The position numbers were made by a program, and so were the translations under genes. The notes under the pieces were generated by a model. That model made no database searches. It was not told the origin of the DNA and was given only the letters and a program-made list of their open reading frames with translations. 62,020 nt of DNA, from the NCBI GenBank assembly GCA_041640455.1, contig JBEQAF010000001.1, positions 1-62,020 on the forward strand, given 5' to 3'. The first letter of the stretch is position 1, and the number at the start of each line of letters is the position of its first letter. This DNA is from a bacterium. GTDB lineage: Bacteria > CALINM01. Shown here piece after piece: positions 46,963 to 56,412 of the stretch.

Positions 46963-47804
46963 TTTATCCAGTCCTCAAAGTTTTCACCTATTTTACCCAA
47001 TTTTTTATATCTAAGCATAGATTTTTTGCAAAGGCAATTGCTATTATCAGGATTTTTAATAAAATACTTAACAACTTCTGTCAGGACAGAAAGGGCTTTG
47101 TCCACATGTTTTTTTCTATCTTCTGGCAGAGTACCTTCAAATAGCTCTCCTGCCTTATATTCTATATCCTCCCGCTCCGCATAGTTGGTAATGTAACAGA
47201 TTGAGCCGTAACATATCTCAAGCTCCCTTGCCAGAAAAGCCTCAGGTGAAAGGGTCATGCCAACCATTTCAGCGCCTATGGCTGAAAAAAATCTTATCTC
47301 TGCAGGTGTTTCAAGCCTTGGTCCTTCTGTGCAGATATACACACCCTTTTTATGAAAGGGATGAGAAAGCTTTTCTAAAATTTTTATAAGCTCTTCTCTG
47401 ATAGAATGACAGAAAGGAGGGCTTACCCTTATAAACCCCAGTCTGCCGTTATCAAAAAATGTATAATCCCTTTTTTTTGTAAAATCAATGATATCAGTGG
47501 GGACTACAAGATCTCCTATCTCAAATTTCGGGGTAATTGCGCCTGGACCTGTCCAGGAAAGAATCCTTTTTACCCCGAGTTTTTTTGCCGCATATATGTT
47601 TGCACGGTAGTTCACAAAGGGCGCTGTAATCTCATATCCCCTAACACCATGTCTGAATAAAAAGAAAAACTCATAATTATCAGATACATATCTTCTTATC
47701 ACGTGAGAGTTTCCAAAAGGCGTTTCTATACGAAACTCTTCTTTATGATCACCGAAGGCATCTTTTAAAAGATGAGCATTGCTTCCGCCTAATATCAAAA
47801 CCAT
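46959..47804 (-). CDS. S-methyl-5'-thioadenosine / purine nucleoside phosphorylase family protein
   Basis: ICTEGPRLETPAEIRFF...GAEMVGMTL.PEA.LARE is typical of the MTAP/PNP family. Confidence 0.8.
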   Translation of the reverse strand: MVLILGGSNAHLLKDAFGDHKEEFRIETPFGNSHVIRRYVSDNYEFFFLFRHGVRGYEITAPFVNYRANIYAAKKLGVKRILSWTGPGAITPKFEIGDLVVPTDIIDFTKKRDYTFFDNGRLGFIRVSPPFCHSIREELIKILEKLSHPFHKKGVYICTEGPRLETPAEIRFFSAIGAEMVGMTLSPEAFLARELEICYGSICYITNYAEREDIEYKAGELFEGTLPEDRKKHVDKALSVLTEVVKYFIKNPDNSNCLCKKSMLRYKKLGKIGENFEDWIK

Positions 47805-47849
47805 ATATTATTTTGCTTTTAAAAATCTATTTGTTAAAATCTCATTATA

Positions 47850-50396
47850 ATGAAAATATTCCAAAACTTAAATTTAAAAAAGACAGGCTTTCTGTTACTG
47901 CTCTTTTCGTTCTTTATCGGTACTACCATACAGTGGGTTGACTATTATCACGAGTTTGTAAATGAGCTAAAACATCAGGAGACGCTTCATCTTGAAAACC
48001 TTGAGATGAACCATCTGGATCATAAGCTTGAGTCTGTTAACATTCTTCTTAACTCTCTAATGCTGAACCCGGCTTTAAGAGAAAAAAAACTATCCGAGAT
48101 AAAAGACATATTTGAAAAAATAATTCTAAAGTTCCCCTTTATTCATCATCTCACCTTACTGGATGTGCAGGGAGAGTTGTTACTTACCTCGCCAGATTTT
48201 AAAGGAAGAATTAATCTTAAAGAAGCAGAGTTTTTTAAAAAGGCTATTGTAAAAGATGGTATCTCCTTTGATCAGACAACTCCATGCCCCTTCACAGGAA
48301 CTGCTGCTATTCATTTTTCTGTTCCTATCAAGCGAGATCATAAAATTATTGCAGTTTTAGCCCTTGCTATTGATGAGAAACTATTTACCTCAGAAGAAAA
48401 GTACAAAGACAAGAGAATACTTACTGATTATAAAGGAAATGTGTTTATTTCTTTTGATCCTCAGTATCAAAAAGCCTCTTTCTACCCCCATTTTGATAAA
48501 TTAAAGACATCTCCAGAGCCTCAAATTATCAATTATAAGGATGTAAAAATATTTTACAAAACAATCAAATTTAACAACGATATTTTTGGCTATCTGATTC
48601 ATGAGGTAGATATAAATAAAATACGAAAGCCCCTGCTGATGAGAGCAATAAATCGGATTGGATTTGCATCTTTTATTTATCTTTTAATGTTTCTCATTCT
48701 TCTTTACTCCTTTCAAAAGATGCTTTACTCACCCATTCTTGAAATAGAACAAGCCATGAGAAAGCTGGATGTAAATAGCTCAGGTATAACTATTGATAAA
48801 AAATATCAGGGTGAGCTAAAAAGGCTGGCTGAGCATTTTAACAGACTCTCTGAGATAATTAAAAGAGATACGGAAAAGCTCCTGCAGGAAAAGCAGTTCT
48901 GGGAAATCACCTTTAACGCCTCTCCGGATATTATCTTTGTAGTAGATAGGGACTTTAATATCATAAGGGCTAATAAAAGCTTTCTGGATTCCTTTAATAT
49001 AAATACTGATAATCTGGGAGAGATAAAATGCTATCAGATTGCCCACAACCTGGATTATCCAATTGATTTCTGCCCACAAAAAGATGTTATTGAAAAGAGG
49101 GAAAGTTATGTTCGGGAGCATTTCTTCTCAAATTTGAAAAAATGGTTTTTAGTATCCATCTCTCCTATTTTTATGGATAATGAGTTTTTAGGAGCATTAC
49201 ACATATTTAAAGACATTACCTTTGTTAAAGAGGCTGAAGAGGAGCGAAGAAGGATTGAGATACAGCTTCTGCACACCCAGCGTCTCGAAAGTCTTGGTAT
49301 TCTTGCTGGCGGAGTAGCCCATGACTTTAATAACCTTCTTATGGGTATCTTAGGAAATACTGAGCTCGCACTTATGAAGCGGGACATGCTTTCAAAAGAG
49401 GTGGTCGATAACCTTGAAACCATAAAGCTTATTACTGAAAAAGCCTCCCATCTAACCAGACAGATGTTAGCCTACTCTGGTAAAGGAAAGTTTGTGCTGA
49501 AGGAGATTGATGTAAATAGATTTATAAAAGAGATCTATGACCTGATCAAGGTATCGCTATCAAAAAAGGTTACTCTGCATTTAAATCTTGATGAGTCTCA
49601 GCCTTTAATAATAAAAGGGGATCCAGGACAGATTGAACAGGTGTTGATAAATCTTGTAATAAATGCCAACGAAGCCATTGAAGATAAAGAGGGGCTTATT
49701 ACCATAACCACAGGCAGACAATGGTGCGACAGAAAATATTTTGATAGCTGTGTAGATGGTTTTAATATTAATTATTTAGAGGGCTATTATGTTTATATTG
49801 AGGTAACCGATAACGGCTGTGGGATGGATAGGGAGACCATGTCAAAGATCTTTGAGCCCTTTTTTACCACCAAATTTACCGGCAGAGGGCTCGGGCTTTC
49901 TGCCGTTCTTGGTATTATCAGAGGTCACAGAGGGGCATTAAAGGTTTATAGCGAAAAAGGAAAAGGAAGTAGTTTTAAAATTATCTTTCCGGAAGAAAAA
50001 CCATCCGTAGAGATTGAGCAAAATAAACCTTATATTAAAAATCTTAATAAAACTGTGCTGATTATAGATGATGAAGATGTGGTCAGGAATGTAACCAGAC
50101 AGATTATAGAAGCTATAGGTGGCAAGGTAATAACTGCCTGTGATGGCAGAGAAGGGCTGGAGATATTTAAAAATCAGAGCCATATTATTGATCTGGTGCT
50201 TTTAGACCTTACCATGCCAGGACTGAACGGTGAAGAGGTTTTTAGAGAGCTTAAAAAGATTAAAGGTAATGTATCAGTAGTTTTAATGAGCGGATATAAT
50301 GATCAGGATATATCCCAGAAGCTTGTGGGAAAAGGATTTGCCGGATTTATTCAGAAGCCCTTTAACATAGATACACTTTTAAAGATTCTTAGCTAA
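47850..50396 (+). CDS. hybrid sensor histidine kinase (periplasmic sensor, PAS, HisKA, HATPase, receiver)
   Basis: Two TM helices flank a periplasmic region of about 240 aa. PAS-like segment, H-box GVAHDFNNLL, N/G boxes (NLVINANEA, DNGCGM, GRGLGLS), and a C-terminal REC domain (LLDLTMPGLNG). Confidence 0.85.
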   Translation: MKIFQNLNLKKTGFLLLLFSFFIGTTIQWVDYYHEFVNELKHQETLHLENLEMNHLDHKLESVNILLNSLMLNPALREKKLSEIKDIFEKIILKFPFIHHLTLLDVQGELLLTSPDFKGRINLKEAEFFKKAIVKDGISFDQTTPCPFTGTAAIHFSVPIKRDHKIIAVLALAIDEKLFTSEEKYKDKRILTDYKGNVFISFDPQYQKASFYPHFDKLKTSPEPQIINYKDVKIFYKTIKFNNDIFGYLIHEVDINKIRKPLLMRAINRIGFASFIYLLMFLILLYSFQKMLYSPILEIEQAMRKLDVNSSGITIDKKYQGELKRLAEHFNRLSEIIKRDTEKLLQEKQFWEITFNASPDIIFVVDRDFNIIRANKSFLDSFNINTDNLGEIKCYQIAHNLDYPIDFCPQKDVIEKRESYVREHFFSNLKKWFLVSISPIFMDNEFLGALHIFKDITFVKEAEEERRRIEIQLLHTQRLESLGILAGGVAHDFNNLLMGILGNTELALMKRDMLSKEVVDNLETIKLITEKASHLTRQMLAYSGKGKFVLKEIDVNRFIKEIYDLIKVSLSKKVTLHLNLDESQPLIIKGDPGQIEQVLINLVINANEAIEDKEGLITITTGRQWCDRKYFDSCVDGFNINYLEGYYVYIEVTDNGCGMDRETMSKIFEPFFTTKFTGRGLGLSAVLGIIRGHRGALKVYSEKGKGSSFKIIFPEEKPSVEIEQNKPYIKNLNKTVLIIDDEDVVRNVTRQIIEAIGGKVITACDGREGLEIFKNQSHIIDLVLLDLTMPGLNGEEVFRELKKIKGNVSVVLMSGYNDQDISQKLVGKGFAGFIQKPFNIDTLLKILS

Positions 50397-50403
50397 AAAT
50401 AGG

Positions 50404-51282
50404 TCAGTCTCTGAAATTTATCAGATAGGTGGCAAAGACAGATACCGCTCCGCCTAAAACTGTAGATGACTCTGGCTTCTCTCCTAAAAAAATTATACTT
50501 AAAATAATACTGCTTGCTGGCACAATAAAAGCAAAGCTGCTGGTCTGATAGGAGTTTAGTTTCTGGGTAGAGTAAAAATATACAGTAGTTGCCAGAACAC
50601 TTGAGATTACTGATAGATAAAAGATATTAAGCCAAAAAACCTGATCGCCTTTAAATATGGCTGACATGTTCCTATCCAATGATAAAACTAGAAAAAGCAA
50701 AGAACAGAAAAGATAGCTGTAAAAGCTGAATGTAATCGGAGACATATACCGACATGTCTTTTCGCTTGATATGGTAACAACCGCCCATAAAATTGGGCAA
50801 ATTATAAAGAACATATTACCACTCATCATCAGGTTCTCATAGGATATATCCCAGAGTTTTATAATTATGACTCCGCCTGAAAATCCAAGCAAGATACCAA
50901 GATAATCAATCAGCCTGAAGCTTTTTTTGAAAAATATGCGTGATATAAGCAGAGTAAAAATAGGCATTAATGAGGTGACAAACACTCCGCCTACGCTTGC
51001 CAATCCCTTTTCTAACCCCTTAAAAAAGAAGAAAAAATAAGCTCCGATTGAAATAATACCTGGAATCAGATAGTTTAATGACCTCCTATCAACAACAAGA
51101 CTGGCTTTCATTAAAAAGATTATAGGAATCAGGGCTATAGTGCTTACAAAAAACCTTAAAAATGTTAGCAGATAGGCATCATATCTTCCTGCTATTGCCT
51201 TTGCTGAAACCCAGCTTCCTCCCCATATAATCATGGAGATTATGATAAGAATTTTAAAAATAGCAGAAGTTTTTGGCGACAT
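50404..51282 (-). CDS. EamA/DMT-family transporter
   Basis: About 10 TM helices in two EamA-like halves. Confidence 0.8.
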   Translation of the reverse strand: MSPKTSAIFKILIIISMIIWGGSWVSAKAIAGRYDAYLLTFLRFFVSTIALIPIIFLMKASLVVDRRSLNYLIPGIISIGAYFFFFFKGLEKGLASVGGVFVTSLMPIFTLLISRIFFKKSFRLIDYLGILLGFSGGVIIIKLWDISYENLMMSGNMFFIICPILWAVVTISSEKTCRYMSPITFSFYSYLFCSLLFLVLSLDRNMSAIFKGDQVFWLNIFYLSVISSVLATTVYFYSTQKLNSYQTSSFAFIVPASSIILSIIFLGEKPESSTVLGGAVSVFATYLINFRD

Positions 51283-51285
51283 ATG

Positions 51286-52098
51286 TTAGATAGAATCTTT
51301 TAAAAGCTTGTTCATACTGCCTGTCCTGTAGCCTTCAAGGTCAAGACAGACAAATTTAAAGCCCAATGCAGTGAGAAAACTAACTATCTCTTCTTTTCTT
51401 TCAATGATTTTATTAAAATCATCAGGCTTTACTTCTAATCTTGCTACCTCACCATGTGCCCTGACTCTCACTATATCAAATCCAAGCTTTTCGAGAAAAT
51501 TTTCTGCCCTATCTATTTTTGATAATAATGATATCTCTATTTTGTTCCCATAGGGGATTCGAGAAGCAAGACAGGCTTTTGATGGCTTATTATGGGTAGG
51601 TAGATTATAAAATCGGGATAGCTCCCTTACCTCATTTTTACTTAACCCCGCTAAAAGAAGAGGGCTTACAACACCATATTCCGAAACAGCCCTCCTGCCA
51701 GGTCTGTAGTCTGAAAGGTCGTCAGCATTGGAACCTTCAAAAATAACTTCGTAGTCAAGTTTATCTTTTATAGCCACCATCTCCTCAAAAAGATGGGATT
51801 TACAATAGTAGCAACGGTTTTTATCATTTCTTTCAAACCTTTCATCAGAAAGCTCTGCTGTATGGATTACCTGATATTTTATACCTTCCCTTTCACAGAA
51901 GGAGATGGCAGATTTCTTTTCCCTTTCAGGGTAGGTTTCTGAATCGGCTATAACAGCCAGTACCTTATCTTTTCCCAAACAATTAATGGTCACATAAAGA
52001 AGAAGACTGCTATCAACTCCACCCGAATAGGCAACTAAAGCAGATCTGTATGAGCTTATTATGTCTGTTAGCTTTTTCTCTTTTTCCCTCAGGGTCAT
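51286..52098 (-). CDS. larE: LarE-type PP-loop ATP-dependent sulfur transferase
   Basis: YSGGVDSS PP-loop, CYYC, and ACLASRIPYG with the conserved Cys. 270 aa. Confidence 0.7.
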   Translation of the reverse strand: MTLREKEKKLTDIISSYRSALVAYSGGVDSSLLLYVTINCLGKDKVLAVIADSETYPEREKKSAISFCEREGIKYQVIHTAELSDERFERNDKNRCYYCKSHLFEEMVAIKDKLDYEVIFEGSNADDLSDYRPGRRAVSEYGVVSPLLLAGLSKNEVRELSRFYNLPTHNKPSKACLASRIPYGNKIEISLLSKIDRAENFLEKLGFDIVRVRAHGEVARLEVKPDDFNKIIERKEEIVSFLTALGFKFVCLDLEGYRTGSMNKLLKDSI

Positions 52099-53081
52099 AG
52101 AATCAACTTTTTAAGATAATCATCATCAACTGACTGATTGACACATATCTCTTTGTTAATAACACCTTCAAGCTTAAGTTCAAGCTCTTCATCTTTTGCA
52201 TCAGAATAACGATAGATAATTCTAAACACAAGATCATCGGGATAATCGGTCAGATCTTTTATTAAAGCTATCGGACCTTTGGGTTTTATACAGCTTATCA
52301 GGAGGTCATTCTGGGGAGTAAAGGAGTTTAATAGTTTTTTCCCTTCCTGTTCGTCTCTTGCAATAATGAGTTTGAGTCTTTCAGATATTCTTATATGTCT
52401 GCCTGTTTTTATCAGCCTTATATCATCCAGTGTGTAGTCTTTTTTAAATCTAAAAAGATCTCTCACCCTGTTGGCAATAAATTTGTCAGTTAAGAGACAT
52501 CCGCCTGCAGGACATGGGTAATCTATATTTCCTTCCTTTGCCATCTCCATCTGCTCTTTTCTGCCTCTACCACTGATTCCCAGAAGCTTTTCTCTGTCCA
52601 CCCAGCCCATCCTCTCAGGGAGAGTGGGGGGTAAAATTTTGGCAGAGAGCGGTCTTACGAGGATATCCTCTACCCCTGCCTCTTTTTCAATAAGCCTGAG
52701 GATGTTTTTCTTCTGGGACATGGGTCTCTGACCCACTACTTCTCCTGAAATCAAAAAAGAAGCCCCTTCTGCAATCATGAGCTCCTTCGCCTTTTTAAAA
52801 ATATAAATCCTGCAGTCAATGCATGGATTCATATTGGAACCATAGCCAAATTTGGGGTTCTCAACAATCTTAAAATAGTCCATCCCCTTAGCCACAACCT
52901 TTAATGGCACTCCGAGATCTCTGGCAGATTTTGCTGCAGCAGAACAGCCAGAATCCTTTGATGTGCAGGTGCAAAAAGGAGAAGTAAAGTTAAGGGCAAT
53001 TACCTCTATCCCCTGATCTTTAATAAGCTTTATGGCAAGGGTACTGTCAAGCCCGCCAGATAACAATGCTATTGCTTTCAT
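52095..53081 (-). CDS. PP-loop (adenine nucleotide alpha-hydrolase) ATPase, ThiI/MnmA-like sulfurtransferase candidate, Cys-rich
   Basis: LLSGGLDS PP-loop with Cys clusters FCTCTSKDSGC, CIDC and CPAGGC. An ATGA overlap couples it to larE. Confidence 0.55.
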   Translation of the reverse strand: MKAIALLSGGLDSTLAIKLIKDQGIEVIALNFTSPFCTCTSKDSGCSAAAKSARDLGVPLKVVAKGMDYFKIVENPKFGYGSNMNPCIDCRIYIFKKAKELMIAEGASFLISGEVVGQRPMSQKKNILRLIEKEAGVEDILVRPLSAKILPPTLPERMGWVDREKLLGISGRGRKEQMEMAKEGNIDYPCPAGGCLLTDKFIANRVRDLFRFKKDYTLDDIRLIKTGRHIRISERLKLIIARDEQEGKKLLNSFTPQNDLLISCIKPKGPIALIKDLTDYPDDLVFRIIYRYSDAKDEELELKLEGVINKEICVNQSVDDDYLKKLIL

Positions 53082-53132
53082 AATCTTTTTATTATAACCT
53101 TTTTTGAATTTTATTTGGCTATTTTTTTAATA

Positions 53133-53621
53133 TTAGATATCTATCGGAGCTGATCGGGGTATCCTTATCAGCATAAACAGATATTTTGAATATCTGCCTG
53201 TTAGTATGGCGTTTATTCTTTCCACGTATGCATTGTATTTTTCTACCTGATCGTGTATATCTTGAGTAACTTTTTCTATTTTTTTCAAAATTTCTGGTTT
53301 TTCATCCTTCAAAAAAAGTTGTGTTAGCTTTTCGGATAGCTGATGCTCTTTCAGAAGTCTCAAATGAATGTCCTTTTTGGCTTCTTTTATCTCTATCAGA
53401 ACTGCCCTTAGCTCTGTTAATATAGCTTTAATCTCCTCACCACCAAAGTTAAATCTTAAAAGCTCATCAACCAGGTCACCCCGATGGTTCAACAAAGATA
53501 AAACCATAGCAAAACTACGCTCTGCTCTGCTTTTTACCCTGTAAAGCTCATACCCCCAATAAATGAACAGCATGAATAGTGCTACTGAAATGATCGTTAT
53601 AAAAAAAGAAATATAAAAAAT
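53133..53621 (-). CDS. membrane-anchored protein, weakly LemA-like; probable non-canonical ATT start
   Basis: The track starts the ORF at ATG 53573, in the middle of a hydrophobic helix. The frame is open upstream (..GFIFYISFFITIISVALFMLFIYWGY). An in-frame ATT at 53621-53619 lies 6 nt after a perfect AGGAGG. Confidence 0.4.
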   Translation of the reverse strand: MFYISFFITIISVALFMLFIYWGYELYRVKSRAERSFAMVLSLLNHRGDLVDELLRFNFGGEEIKAILTELRAVLIEIKEAKKDIHLRLLKEHQLSEKLTQLFLKDEKPEILKKIEKVTQDIHDQVEKYNAYVERINAILTGRYSKYLFMLIRIPRSAPIDI

Positions 53622-53631
53622 AAAGCCCCTC

Positions 53632-54234
53632 CTACCAGAGATTTTCTTTTTTATTATTTAGCCCTGAAAACATATCTTTGTAAAGTGATATTTTCAGCGA
53701 ATGTTCAAGAGTGGATGTGTAAGATAATGCCTCTTCCAGAAGCATACCTATGGCAAAGCTCCCATGTCCTTTCAACATTACTAATTTAAAATCTTTAAGA
53801 TAAGCTGGCAGAATCTCAGCCACTTCCTTTGCCCCCACCGTAAGCCTGGTCTCCACAACAGGCACCTTTTTTAAAATATAGCTCCCTTCCGAATCATCCA
53901 GCGTGATCTCCTGAGCAGCCATTGACCTTGCCACTGCAAGGGGCGGATGGGCATGAAATATGGCAAGCGCCTCAGTATGCTTGTAGATAGCCCTGTGAAC
54001 AATAATCTCTGTGGATGCAAGGGTAATGAATGCATCATTTGATTCCAGTGATGTCTCAACTATATCTTCATCAGTAAGGGCTCCGAGCATGGAACCTCTC
54101 CTCGTAATTAGGATTCTGTCCCCCACTCTTATACTCATATTTCCGCCATGGACAGAGAAAAGCCCCTGCTCCCAGCCTAATCTTCCAATCTTAATAAAAT
54201 CCGAAAAATCTTTGATAATTTTAGTTTTTGCCAT
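53632..54234 (-). CDS. class II aldolase/adducin-domain protein
   Basis: GGNMS, HRAIY and FHAHPP motifs. The start is moved to ATG 54234 (MAKTKII...), just after the AOR stop. Confidence 0.75.
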   Translation of the reverse strand: MAKTKIIKDFSDFIKIGRLGWEQGLFSVHGGNMSIRVGDRILITRRGSMLGALTDEDIVETSLESNDAFITLASTEIIVHRAIYKHTEALAIFHAHPPLAVARSMAAQEITLDDSEGSYILKKVPVVETRLTVGAKEVAEILPAYLKDFKLVMLKGHGSFAIGMLLEEALSYTSTLEHSLKISLYKDMFSGLNNKKENLW

Positions 54235-54235
54235 A

Positions 54236-55906
54236 TCACTCGAGAATTTTAGAAAGATTAAGATCCTTTCCCTCTTCTCCCCAGCCTCTACCACGGTAAT
54301 ATTCATTTAGCATATCTTCGTATCCTTCAAAATCAAGTCTTGCAGGAAGAAGATCATCTTTTCTGTCAAAGCCGTTCTGCACATTTATATACCTTTCCAG
54401 ATTATATATCCTTTCTCCTATTTTTAAAAAGTCCTGAGTTTTTAAATCCATCCCTGTATAGGCAGAGATTAACCTTGCCAGATAGTCATCTGTTACGGCA
54501 AGGGATAAAAATCTGCAGAAGATGGCACTGTCTGCGGCAGCATGGGCATTTTGAAGGTATATTACAAGACCTGCCTTGCCTCTTTTTATCCTTCTATCCA
54601 GAAGTTTTGGAATTCCCAGCACCTCTACAGCAAGCATATAGGCTCTCAAATGACATCCGCCTCTGTTTGATGTGCCAAATGCAAGAGCCATACCTGAAAG
54701 CCCGAGCGGATGATAGGCAGGAAGCTCCAGCCCCTTTACAGTCATGGAAACCTCTGGCTTTTTTAACTCCTTTGATAACCTTAGACTTCCTTTCGCAATA
54801 AGTGCTCCCTCAGCCTTGCAGTTCAGGGTTTTTTCAACAAGATCTTCTATTATTTTTTCATCACCAAAAGGAATATTGTTTGCCTCCAGATAAGCAGATA
54901 TAGACCCTCCGAAAGATATGGTATCAACCCCATGCTCTGCACACAGCTTATTAATCTCCATAATAAATTTTAAATTATCAATAGAAAGGTTTGCTCCAAG
55001 AGCCCAGAGCGTTTCAAATTCAGGACCTTCACCTATCTCGGTAACTCTTCCACATGCCACAGGACAGGAAAGACAGGCTCTCTTTGATTTAACCTGTTTT
55101 TTCAGTGCCTCGCCTGAGATATTGTCTGCTTTTGAGAAATAGGACTCTGAAAAATTTTTATGGGGTAGAATTTTTAGTTCATTTAAAAGATTCATAAGGA
55201 GAGATGTGCCAAACTCAGGGAGCCCCTGAGAGGTAATGGGGTTACCATGAATCCATTTTCTAACCTCATTTACAACAAAATCAAAGCGAGCTTTATCATA
55301 TGGCTCCACGTTTCTCAGAGATCTTTCAATCACAATTGCAGAAACATTTTTTGTTGCAAGCAGATATCCCAACCCGCCTCTGCCAAAAAATCTCTTATCT
55401 GAGCAGACATTGGCATAAAGCAGTCCCCGCTCAGCAGCTGGTCCAACAATTATTGTGGAGATATTACTGCCAAATCTTTTTTGTAAAGTATCTTCTTTTT
55501 CTGAAATTTTAAGCCCCCTTAAACTGCTATCTAAAAGGCTAACTTTACCATCTTTTAGGTGAATAATTTTTTCATTCTCTGATCTGCCCAGCAAGGCTAT
55601 GACATCTATGGACTGGGTTTTTAGATAATATCCCGCTTTTCCTCCACAGGAGCTATCAAATATGGTATTTGTGAGTGGTGATTTAAAAAGGGCATGAAAT
55701 CTACCCGACAGTGGTGCTTTTGAAAGCGTCATTGGTCCTGTGAGAAAAAAAACTGGCGCATCAATTGGATTAATCTCAGGGCTGGCATAGTCTATGAACA
55801 ACCTTACACCAAGCCCCCTACCGCCAAGAAATTTTGTAAGATATTCTTTTTCTATCTCTTTGATTTTAAAGCTTTCAGATGTAAGGTCTATCTCAAGAAG
55901 CCTCAT
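54236..55906 (-). CDS. aldehyde:ferredoxin oxidoreductase family (tungstopterin) enzyme
   Basis: N-terminus MRLLEIDLT....KEI......FLGGRGLG and a CxxC..C cluster region (CLSCPVACGR). Confidence 0.9.
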   Translation of the reverse strand: MRLLEIDLTSESFKIKEIEKEYLTKFLGGRGLGVRLFIDYASPEINPIDAPVFFLTGPMTLSKAPLSGRFHALFKSPLTNTIFDSSCGGKAGYYLKTQSIDVIALLGRSENEKIIHLKDGKVSLLDSSLRGLKISEKEDTLQKRFGSNISTIIVGPAAERGLLYANVCSDKRFFGRGGLGYLLATKNVSAIVIERSLRNVEPYDKARFDFVVNEVRKWIHGNPITSQGLPEFGTSLLMNLLNELKILPHKNFSESYFSKADNISGEALKKQVKSKRACLSCPVACGRVTEIGEGPEFETLWALGANLSIDNLKFIMEINKLCAEHGVDTISFGGSISAYLEANNIPFGDEKIIEDLVEKTLNCKAEGALIAKGSLRLSKELKKPEVSMTVKGLELPAYHPLGLSGMALAFGTSNRGGCHLRAYMLAVEVLGIPKLLDRRIKRGKAGLVIYLQNAHAAADSAIFCRFLSLAVTDDYLARLISAYTGMDLKTQDFLKIGERIYNLERYINVQNGFDRKDDLLPARLDFEGYEDMLNEYYRGRGWGEEGKDLNLSKILE

Positions 55907-56412
55907 TAAAGCTCCGCCCTTTTTATATCCAGATCTTCTTTAAGCTCATCTTTTAAAGCTTTAAGAGATTTACGAAAGAGGGGATGGACGAAATCTTTAT
56001 CAATATCACACAAAGGATATAACACAAAGGACCTCTCCTGCATCTTTGGATGGGGTATAGTAATAACCGCATCCTGATAAACAAGGGCATCAAAAAAAAT
56101 AATATCCAGATCAATAACTCTTGGACCATATCTGAGCCTCTGAACTCTTCCCATTACTTTTTCAATATTTTTCAATACAAGAAAAAGCTCCTTTGCAGAT
56201 AAAGAGGTTTTGACAAGAACTGCTGAGTTAATAAAATCAGCCTGTTCTTTAAAGCCATAGGGTCTGGTCTTATAGTAATGAGATTCACCAATAATCTCTA
56301 ACCCTTCCTGTTTTAGCAGATGCAGAGCCCTTTTTATATTTTTTTCTGGTGCTCCCAAATTTGACCCGAGAGCTATAAAAACCCTGTGAGTCTTATTATT
56401 AGAATTTGACAT
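55906..56412 (-). CDS. folK: 2-amino-4-hydroxy-6-hydroxymethyldihydropteridine diphosphokinase
   Basis: VFIALGSNLG, RYGPRVIDLDII and IPHP. Confidence 0.9.
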   Translation of the reverse strand: MSNSNNKTHRVFIALGSNLGAPEKNIKRALHLLKQEGLEIIGESHYYKTRPYGFKEQADFINSAVLVKTSLSAKELFLVLKNIEKVMGRVQRLRYGPRVIDLDIIFFDALVYQDAVITIPHPKMQERSFVLYPLCDIDKDFVHPLFRKSLKALKDELKEDLDIKRAEL

